NCBI GenBank assembly: GCA_045837725.1
Contig: JBEWZL010000011.1
Span: forward strand, 744,001-797,279
DNA length: 53,279 nt
Direction: 5' to 3'
From: Vermamoeba vermiformis
Lineage: Eukaryota
The translations under genes and the position numbers were made by a program. Shown here piece by piece: positions 38,554 through 46,781 of this stretch; position 1 is the stretch's first letter, and every line of letters begins with the position of its first letter. Below the pieces are notes generated by a model that was given only the letters and a program-made list of their open reading frames with translations, made no database searches and was not told where the DNA came from.

Positions 38554-39304
38554 ATGCCAAAAGGACCTCGTAGAAGGCGGGGATCAATATCTATTAAGGT
38601 TTCTGGCATATGTATTAGCTGTGGTGGGACGCGGTCATGTCAATATCATCCAGCCCCGCAAGAGTGGTCCGACTTCTATCATTGTTCGGACAATGTCACT
38701 CTGAGCAGCAAAAAGAGTACAATGCGGCTGTGCCATGGATGCTACGGTAGTATTTCAAAGCAATTTGCTTGTTCCGCACTTGCACGAACCACGGACACAT
38801 AACGTTGCCGCGAACAACCCAGCCACATCAAAACCTATCATCAAAAGGAGCCCCATAGGTGGCAAAAGCGAGCGCATTATCTTAACTGAGTGAGTTTGAA
38901 TAACACTGAAATTTGTAGGCTTATTCGCTGAACGCGATTATAAAAAGGGTGAATTTGTTGCCGAATATGGAGGACGACTTTTATCACTGGACGAAATAGA
39001 GGGCAAAGATCAAAGCTATTTCAGAGTACTCGGAGTGAGTAAACACAACGGCGTCATCGACGGCAAACACGACTTTGGCGATACACTTGGCCGGTACATT
39101 AACATGCCAATGAAAGGAAAACACCCAAACGTGCGGTGGGAGAAAGTCAACGAGAAAAAAAAGACGATCACTATCAAGACAAACAAAGACGTAATACGCG
39201 GTACGGAGTTCACGATTAAGTACAGCCCTCCAATGCGCGTGGCTTTGCAAGCGAAAAGGAAGAGAGGAAGACCACCTGGCCAGAAAAAGACCATTACTAA
39301 TTAG
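38554..39304 (+). pseudogene. Minimal SET-domain methyltransferase with N-terminal CxxC..CxxC and C-terminal AT-hook; one frameshift and a non-canonical donor
   Basis: IIKRSPIGGK|xLFAERDYKKGEFVAEYGG..IDG..LGRYIN..PNV..IKTNKDVIRGTEFTIKY, then KRGRPP. Frame change at ~38764, a GC donor at ~38868, and NH replaced by NM. Confidence 0.75.
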
Positions 39305-39510
39305 CAGCGCTTATTGTATTGCTAATAACCAATTGTACCCTGTTCAATTCGAAAAAAGAGTGCACCTTGACGAACATCGATTGTAGTTTCCACGAACCGC
39401 ATTAATCAGGTAATAATAGTCAAGATAATTAATCAATAATTAATAATAATTTCTCCGTTTAAAAAAAGGCGTCATATCAATCTTACAGAATTGACGTTTC
39501 TTCTGCATCA

Positions 39511-40881
39511 ACAATGTTACGCTTCATAATATTTTCTTTGGTGTCTGCAGTGGGCAATCAAATATGCAGATGACTGTTAGCTCCTTTTAATGGTAAGCAA
39601 TAATCGCGTGCCACATCTGTCTGACATTTCCAATTTAGCAACCCTCTCCATCGCCGAAGCTAACCAATACCCTTATATTCGTCTATTCACGGTTGGTCAG
39701 AACACGATCTCCACTACCCCGCTTCCTAACTTTGCAACGATTGAACAAAAGTGGCAAGTAGCATCCAATTTGTCCGTCAGCGGCAAACCCTGGACTTATA
39801 TCTCATACTTGTGCTGGAACTATGGTATACAAATTCATGATAAGTACAGACCGCCCATCGGTTTGGTTTCAAGTAACTGGGGAGGGTAAGTTTTCTTGAT
39901 CGTACGATGCATCCAACTAACTTTTTACTAAATGAAGCACTTACGTCCAAGCTTGGAGCGCTCCTCATGTATTGCAATCATGCAACATCAATGCAAGTCA
40001 CGTGGCTCAAAAAAACGAAGTTGACGTCCATAAGTTTTCCAAACAAGGAAACCGCGGTCCCGAACCAACCCCCGTGCTCTACAACGCAATGATAGTTCCG
40101 CTCTTAAAGATGCAAATTAAGGGTGTTTTGTGGTACCAAGCCGAATCTAACGTCTATCCTGGTGGAGAGAAGCTGTATGCTTGCGTCTTCCCTGCCATGA
40201 TTGCCAACTGGCCAGCTCGTTGGAACATGGCTGTCAATCACTTCTTTCCTTTCTTTTTCGTTCAGCTTGCTGCCTACACTCAAGGCCTGAACGATTTTAC
40301 TTCGTTGCCCTCGATGAGGCTCAAGCAAGAGGTCGCTCTTGGTATTGTTAACGCTAGTATGGCTACAGCCGTAGATTTGGTAAGCAAGTTATCAATTCTA
40401 TTTACAGCGGAACTAACCCTATTAGGGTGATTTAAGTTCAGACGCTGGCAACATTCATCCTCGTGACAAGCAAACCATTGCCGCTCGTATAGTTGCAAGT
40501 AGGTGCCAAGTGAGGTCTAACCCTAATTTCTTTTGGTCACTTTTGACACACAAAATGACAGCTTGGTCTTCACCACTGCCTCCTGTCCGACTTCCATTGA
40601 CAGCAAGAACTGCAACGGATTCGATCTCGTCACCTCAAATGGTCAAGCAGTTCAGCCGTACAGAGTTATTCCCGGCACTCAAGGTGTCACTCATTGGTTC
40701 TTGTTACAAGACGGTCAAGTTGGAGTCACTCTCAGGTACCATAGGCTAGAGTTAAATATCCCACCCGATGCGATATAATAACTATTCTTTCAGATACGGC
40801 TTTGGTAACTGGCCTTTGATCACTATATACAACACTCATGGCATTCCTGCTCGTCCTTTTGTGCTTCCTCTCTACAATTAA
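39511..40881 (+). pseudogene. Sialate O-acetylesterase (SASA/SGNH) homologue, 5'-truncated and degraded
   Basis: Motifs CSGQSNM, PIGLVSSNWGG, LYNAMIVPL, IKGVLWYQAESN, FFFVQLA, NIHPRDKQ, RYGFGNWP and GIPARPF. The N-terminus is missing, with apparent deletions and frame breaks. Confidence 0.8.
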
Positions 40882-41478
40882 TGTGGCAATAATGCCAGTA
40901 AATACTATCCTAATACACATTGATAACGAAAGCCTGAATTGTTCTCGTAGGCAAGAAAATGCTCGGATCCGGCTCTGTTGCGAAAGCAGTGCTGTTCGTA
41001 TAATCGTCGGAGTCAACTTTAGTTTTGTTTTGACGAGACAACGGAGATGGTGTCAGCGTCGCACTGGAGGTAGTCGACCCAAGTGAAGGACAACGAGGAA
41101 GATGCAATTGAGTTAGAACTGACGTTAATAGCGTTCTCTGTTTTCTTAGAGTCGTCGCTGTTCTCAGAATTTAAGCTGGTGACTAAAGCACAGCGATCAA
41201 ATTGGACTTACGGTGAGGGATACGTTTTCAACAGGCCTGTTGATGCGGATAACAAGGCCAAAGATCTTATCAGCACGGTTTTGCAAGTGTCGATCTTGGA
41301 GTCGTTCGAAGAAGGAGTAGTATCAATGAGGTTTGGAATGAATAAACAGAGAAAAAACGTCACCAAACATGGTTTATCCGCCGATACTTAATATTTCTGT
41401 ATTAATGTTTTGTCGCCTTACTTAGACTTGCTGTAATTTTGCGATTCCGCATGCAATGGCATAAATGTGCATGCGATT

Positions 41479-41691
41479 GCCGAACCTGCGCGCAATTTGC
41501 CAAAACTGCGCGCAATTTGCCGAACCTGCGCGCAATTGCCGAACCTGCGCGCAATTGCAGAACCTGCGCGCAATTGCCGAACCTGCGCGCAATTGCCAAA
41601 ACTGCGTGCAATTTGCCGAACCTGCGCGCAATTTGCCGAAAGTGCACGCAATTGCCGATACTGCACGCAATTGCCGAACCTGCACGAAATT
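41479..41691 (+). repeat. Left subterminal tandem array, 11 x GCCGAACCTGCGCGCAATT(T)
   Basis: Directly visible 19-20 bp units, each containing the palindrome TGCGCGCA, with no spacers. Confidence 0.95.
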
Positions 41692-41853
41692 GAAAGTGAG
41701 CATCGTTTATTTGTTAGGCATAATATAGTATAATGTATTAAGCGGAAGTCATTCTCCGCTGGTGAAAAAATAAAAAAATTTTCTGACAGAGTTTTTTGAC
41801 AGTGCAAAGTCGAAATTTTTTTTTAAAAATCGTTTATTACACTTTAACTACAC

Positions 41854-42795
41854 TTAATATTCAATAGATTCATCACAGGACCCCTCAAAATCATTCTCTT
41901 CCTCATCTTCATCGTCCAAGTAGTTGTTATTTGGGGCAGGAGATCGCATCTCCGATCCAACAAACGGCTGTGTTGGGTAAATATCGCCGGATAATCTCTT
42001 TATTAAAAAATTGGTTGATTCTAACACACCAATTGATTTTTCTAGCAATGTTATAAACAATCGCTCTTTTGTCTCCTGGCGTTTAGCAAATTGTCGTGCT
42101 TTTTCGGTTCGCTGAGATTTCACACTTTGCCGCTCTCGTTCGGCATCGTCAATGTCGTCATTTACCTCAGCAAGTGTTCGCTTTTTCCCACGACCTTTCA
42201 TTGCCTTCAATTCGTCATTAGCAATTTTGTCAAGAAGATCTTGAATTTTTTTGTGTTCTGACTTGCGCCGTTCTTCCGCTGCATCGTGCTCTCGTTGAAG
42301 CAACTTCTTTTGGTCAGAAGTTAATTTCCGATCTGTTTTAGGGTCTTTGGCAGGAGCCTTGAAGTTTTTCTTTTTGAAGGGCTGACGAAAGGCAGATTTG
42401 GCAGCGTTCAGCGAATTAAATTGGATCCGCAGTTTGTCTGACTCGGTGACGCTTGATATGAGGTGCTCATCGTGCATCTTCTTCAAAATTGACCCCCAAT
42501 TCTTGCCATGTTGATCTACAAGTTCAACTAGGCGACAGCGACTGGCCCAGTTCCAAGATGTGTCAGATCCATCCTGATCTCCTTCACCGACATCCTCTTC
42601 ACAGCTCATATATGGTTCTTCATTATCTGATGGTTCACCTTCTGTGACGACAAACTGATTTGTGTTTGACATGGCTAGATCGTTAGAAAATGAACCTGGA
42701 TGTGGCTGCGAAACAACGACATGCCAAAATTTTGCCCTGGTAATTGCGAAATAATACTCCAGTAAATATCTACGAAGCATTTTTACTATAGCCAT
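41854..42795 (-). CDS. Myb/SANT-like DNA-binding accessory protein of the inner Harbinger
   Basis: WNWASRCRLVELVDQHGKNWGSILKKM..KLRIQFNSL, followed by a coiled coil. The true start may be a downstream Met. Confidence 0.8.
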   Translation of the reverse strand: MAIVKMLRRYLLEYYFAITRAKFWHVVVSQPHPGSFSNDLAMSNTNQFVVTEGEPSDNEEPYMSCEEDVGEGDQDGSDTSWNWASRCRLVELVDQHGKNWGSILKKMHDEHLISSVTESDKLRIQFNSLNAAKSAFRQPFKKKNFKAPAKDPKTDRKLTSDQKKLLQREHDAAEERRKSEHKKIQDLLDKIANDELKAMKGRGKKRTLAEVNDDIDDAERERQSVKSQRTEKARQFAKRQETKERLFITLLEKSIGVLESTNFLIKRLSGDIYPTQPFVGSEMRSPAPNNNYLDDEDEEENDFEGSCDESIEY

Positions 42796-42825
42796 TATTT
42801 CTATTGACCTTTTACTCCCGACCAG

Positions 42826-43824
42826 ATGGGAACCGAATTGAATCTGACGCTCAATCTGCTCATTTCCGTTCGAACTGTTATTATTGTTTTAATTCAAAGC
42901 ATTTTGATGCATCTTCAACAATCAAAATGGCTTCACATAGAAGATTACCTCAAGATCACGCGACATCTGCTCCGTCCTCGCCAAAACGGGCCCGGAAAGC
43001 GAAGAGTTATTCCTCCACGAATGCCTAGGCACAAACCTGTGGGGTCTGTTGACATTTATGACAGAACAGGCATTGAACGATCATCATTTATGCAGATTTT
43101 TGGTCTTGTTCGAAGCGATCTGGAAAAACCACGATCTGGATCCCGCAAGATTAGAGTCACACTGTCATCTGCCCATTGCCTGCTAATGGTGCTTCAGTGG
43201 CTGCGAGAATACCCAAAATTTAAAGTGATGGCTCAATTGTATGGAGTGTCTCGCTACTTTGTCAAGCGCGAGATTCGACACCAGATTCCAATTTTATTCG
43301 TCAAATTAAATTGGATTGGTTGGCCAGGAGAGTACGAAATTAGCCCTGTAGGAGCCCATGCTGCAATCGATTGCTCTGCGCACCAGCGATTGCGAGTTCA
43401 CCCTAAATCCGCTGACTTTTATCGCGGAGACAAAAGAATTAATATGATGGTTAGCCAGTTTGTTGTTGAATTCAACGGAGCTTTGTACGAACTTGCTGTG
43501 GGTAAAGGACATAATAACGACCAAGCAATGTTCAATATTACGGGTATGAAACTTCACACAGAACTCAATCAGCTAACTCTTCTTGCGGATCGTGGTTATA
43601 TGCACCACCGAATCATCACTCCCGCCTCCGTTGACTGGTCTCAGTGTTCCTCAAGCCATCGAGTCATTGTTGAGAATGTTATTGGTCAAGTGAAGAGATT
43701 CGCTGCTGCATCCGCTACGTTTCGGCAATCACCCGAGTTGCAAGTGCTGGTTATCATTGTATGTGGTGAAATTGTTGCAGAAAAGAATCAAGGCAATGCG
43801 CAGCGATTTTTCCAGCTTGAATAA
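42826..43824 (+). CDS. Harbinger/IS5-like DDE transposase (DDE_Tnp_4, HARBI1-like), uninterrupted
   Basis: HTH LLMVLQWLREYP..MAQLYGVS, then catalytic AIDCS, FYRGDK, GHNND, LADRGY, RVIVENVIG.VK.F. Confidence 0.92.
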   Translation: MGTELNLTLNLLISVRTVIIVLIQSILMHLQQSKWLHIEDYLKITRHLLRPRQNGPGKRRVIPPRMPRHKPVGSVDIYDRTGIERSSFMQIFGLVRSDLEKPRSGSRKIRVTLSSAHCLLMVLQWLREYPKFKVMAQLYGVSRYFVKREIRHQIPILFVKLNWIGWPGEYEISPVGAHAAIDCSAHQRLRVHPKSADFYRGDKRINMMVSQFVVEFNGALYELAVGKGHNNDQAMFNITGMKLHTELNQLTLLADRGYMHHRIITPASVDWSQCSSSHRVIVENVIGQVKRFAAASATFRQSPELQVLVIIVCGEIVAEKNQGNAQRFFQLE

Positions 43825-43962
43825 ATGTCAATTAAGAAAATTATTGTGACTTTGCACCGTCCCGTCAAAAAACTTTGTCAGAAAAATTTTTTATTTTTCC
43901 ACCAGCGGAGAATGACTTCCGCTTATTAGCTCACTTAATGAATATCAAAGTCTGAGTAGTTA

Positions 43963-44754
43963 TTACAATTCATATGAAAGCTGCAACTTTTCACCTTTCT
44001 TCACTTGAAGGCCATAAAGGCTGTGCTCAGGCAATCGAATGGCTTTGACTCCATTCGGGTGTCCAGTGGGTGCAATGAGAGTCCATGAATTTTCCAGGTT
44101 TTCCCAGTTTGGAGAAAAATCACCAAAGTCAGCAATTAATCTTCTCACATCCTGTGATGGAGGCTTGATGGTGTACAAGCATTTAACGACAACTTTTCCA
44201 TCCACAAAAGCCGAATTCACTTTAAATTCGCCAGGAGGTAATGCCCAAAGATACCAATGATTGGTCTCATTTTCGCATGTCCAAGGTCTAATTTGAAAGC
44301 GAATTGAATTATCAGTTATCTCTTGCTCGAACTTTTGCTTCGCTAATTCTTCTTCGGGCTCAAGGACTTCAGAATATTCACTTTCTGATTCGTCTTCCAA
44401 TTTACGTGCATTTGTGTTGGATTTCTGGTTGGATTCTGCATAACATAATTTAACCCTGAAATTTAATATAATTAAATAGACAAACTTACTTTGTAAATGT
44501 TTTTGAAGTGCTTCTAAATCCTCAACAGTTTCTTCAATTCGGTCTTTTTTGGACTTCTTCTTTCGTTTCTTGTCCTTCACCTCGCGTACTTGCTTATTGA
44601 AGCGTGATTTCATCTCAACCATTTTTTTTCGAATAGCATCTTCTTTTTTTGTAATACCATAGCGTTGTTTAATTTCAGTAGCGCTTAGAACTTCCCCCGA
44701 ATCAATGTACTTTTGTAAATTGGCCAGATCTGCTTCACTCCAGCGAAAAGACAT
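43963..44754 (-). CDS. Accessory ORF of the outer Harbinger (N-terminal Myb/HTH-like, coiled coil)
   Basis: RWSEADLANLQKY..TKKEDAIRKKM, divergent from the transposase. Probable in-frame intron at ~44436-44489. Confidence 0.65.
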   Translation of the reverse strand: MSFRWSEADLANLQKYIDSGEVLSATEIKQRYGITKKEDAIRKKMVEMKSRFNKQVREVKDKKRKKKSKKDRIEETVEDLEALQKHLQSKFVYLIILNFRVKLCYAESNQKSNTNARKLEDESESEYSEVLEPEEELAKQKFEQEITDNSIRFQIRPWTCENETNHWYLWALPPGEFKVNSAFVDGKVVVKCLYTIKPPSQDVRRLIADFGDFSPNWENLENSWTLIAPTGHPNGVKAIRLPEHSLYGLQVKKGEKLQLSYEL

Positions 44755-44879
44755 TGTGATAATTCTGAATAAAATTTAGAAAATAATATTGAACCTTGTT
44801 ACAATTATAACTTACAATTTTTTCGTTGCAGTTGTTGTACTTTGTTGTAAATTAGCAAAAAATAAAAAAACGGTTGGCT

Positions 44880-44953
44880 GAATCACAAACCTGTACGCAC
44901 GAATCACAAACACATACGCACGAATCACAAACGCGTACGCACGAATCACAAAC
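44880..44953 (+). repeat. 3.5 x 21-bp tandem repeat GAATCACAAACnnnTACGCAC in the divergent promoter of the outer element
   Basis: Directly visible; ends 8 bp before the transposase ATG at 44962. Confidence 0.85.
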
Positions 44954-44961
44954 AAAACACT

Positions 44962-45912
44962 ATGGATGAGGTAAAGACCTTGCAATAAATTTTAAAAATA
45001 ATTTGATAATTATTTAATTCATAGACTAGAGCTAATGAGTGCTGGTTTGATATTATTAAATCAAGCTTACGAGTAAAAACAATGTCGTATCAAATATTTT
45101 TATCGCTCATTGGAGTGAAGCCCATTATCTTGTCGATTTTATGGACAAAGTATAGCCTGAAGTCAACGTTAAAGCCTGAACACCTCCTAATGGCGCTGAA
45201 TTTTCTCCGTGAATATTCGACAATTGACTGCTTGAGCACACTGTGGGGAGTTACAGCCAAGACTTTCTCTGGCATTGTTTGGCGAACTTTACACATCCTT
45301 GCAAATTCTCTGGAGGAGATTAACTTCGATGATCGGCTGGAAAATTCTGCGCACTTTTCATGGGGCCAGTATGTTGGTGCAGTTGATGCAACCGAATGCC
45401 GCGTACAGCGGCCAAAAAAGTGGCGAATTCGGCGCTTATTGTACAGTGGAAAGAAGAAGTACTTTTCATTGAAGTACGAAAGTAAGAGATTAATTAATTT
45501 TCTTATTATAAGCGTTATAACGATTTTTTAGTTGCTGTCCACCTTGCTACTGGGAAGCTATTCTGGACAAGTGGCTGGGTACCAGGCAAAGTACATGACA
45601 TCACTTTGCTCCGATGCAATGGTTTGCTTAAAAAGCTTGGGGAAAATGAGAAGCTGATTGGTGACAAAGGCTACATTGGTGAAAAGAAGCAAATTACTAC
45701 TCCATTTAAAGGAGAGTTAACAGATGATCAAGAAGAATATAATGACACTCTTGGATCAATACTGCGTCATTGTGGAGAATGTCTACTCACAGATTAAATC
45801 CTTCCGCTGTCTTTCCAATCCATGGCGACATCATTTAACACTTCACAAAATAGCATGGACTGTTGTAGTGAATGTTGTAAATGCCAACATTAAATACTTC
45901 CCGTTAAGATAA
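44962..45912 (+). pseudogene. Harbinger DDE transposase of the outer element, 2 introns, one +1 frameshift
   Basis: MDE|TRANEC.., LLMALNFLREY, AVDATE, LYSGKKK, GKVHD, IGDKGY. The frame breaks at ATA-CTGC-GTC (~45761) before VIVENVYSQIK. Confidence 0.85.
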
Positions 45913-45933
45913 CCCTTTATTCCATAAACTTTG

Positions 45934-46124
45934 GGCAACTGCACGCAATTGCCAAACCTGCACGCAATTTGCCGAACCTGCGTGCAATTGCCGAACCTGC
46001 GCGCAATTGCCGAACCTGCGTGCAATTGCCGAACCTGCGCGCAATTGCCGAAACTGCACGCAATTTGCCGAACCTGCGCGCAATTGCCAAAACTGCGCGC
46101 AATTTGCCGAAACTGCGCGCAATT
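45934..46124 (+). repeat. Right subterminal tandem array, ~10 x GCCGAACCTGCGCGCAATT(T), same orientation as the left array
   Basis: Nine full units plus one partial unit, directly visible. Confidence 0.95.
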
Positions 46125-46139
46125 GCACGCTTATGCATA

Positions 46140-46670
46140 TAATTGCACGCATGTGATAGCAGTTACAGCAAGTCTATTATTCACCGCGACATTAAATCAG
46201 CTAACATTTTGGTAAGACGTTGCTTTGGTACTAATTTTGCTAAACTAATATAATGTACAGTTAAAGCAGAAACGAGCGAAAATTTCCGATTTTGGTACCG
46301 CAACGCGGCTCGATACAAAGGGTACGTCAACGGTAGAAGGTACATTGAACTATATGGCTCCAGAGATGAAGGCTGAAGCTCCGTACAACGAAAAAGTCGA
46401 CGTTTACTCGTAAGTTATCACTTCTTTAAAAAAATTCGGTCGCTAACTTTTTTGTGGGGCAGATTTGGCGTGACACTTTTCGAGATTTTGACTATGAGGC
46501 ACTTGCCAGTTCTTAATGACGAATCAGAACGAATCGATAGGATTTGCAGATTGGTTGATGATTTGCCACTACGCCAGCTTGTCATTGAATGTTGCCGAAC
46601 AGATCCAAATGAACGACCGAGTTTTACTAAGTGTATTGAAATTCTGAAAGAACAAAAATGGAAAAATTAA
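46140..46670 (+). pseudogene. C-lobe of a TKL-type protein kinase, interrupted by the transposon (a few codons remain at 41426-41464)
   Basis: IIHRDIKSANIL|..AKISDFGT..EGTLNYMAPE..KVDVYS|FGVTLFEI..DPNERPSF. No N-lobe found. Confidence 0.85.
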
Positions 46671-46781
46671 CGTAGCTTGCAATAATGTAAAAATAAATAA
46701 TCAAAATTTAACATCTATTTACTCGAACTTTGTACATACGATGAATGCAACATCAGTCCTGGCGGATCTGTTTTCATTAAA

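Larger units (their letters stand above)
41741..43923. mobile_element. Inner, apparently intact PIF/Harbinger-superfamily transposon with ~70-75 bp TIRs
   Basis: TIRs AGCGGAAGTCATTCTCCGCTGGTG... (41741-41811) and ...CACCAGCGGAGAATGACTTCCGCT (43848-43923). Flanked by TATTA on both sides (equivalently a 3-bp ATT TSD). Contains two divergent ORFs. Confidence 0.93.
41465..46139. mobile_element. Outer PIF/Harbinger-type DNA transposon (divergent HTH/Myb-like ORF and DDE transposase) with terminal 19/20-bp repeat arrays; TAA TSD
   Basis: TAA at 41462-64 and 46140-42. Removing the element restores the kinase frame HAMA*LHACDSSYSKSIIHRDIKSANIL. It contains ORF 43963-44754 and transposase 44962-45912. 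Confidence 0.8.

Noticed and set aside
41402-41807. Many overlapping Cys/Ala/Arg-rich ORFs here and at 45843-46215
   Set aside because: Artefacts of translating the stop-free minisatellite in six frames.
41479-46124. 19/20-bp repeat arrays as CRISPR arrays
   Set aside because: Units are head-to-tail with no unique spacers, the context is eukaryotic, and there are no cas genes. They are transposon subterminal repeats.
41741-46139. Fanzor/TnpB RNA-guided nuclease as transposon cargo
   Set aside because: Neither accessory ORF shows RuvC motifs or the Zn finger. Both look like Myb/HTH plus coiled-coil proteins.
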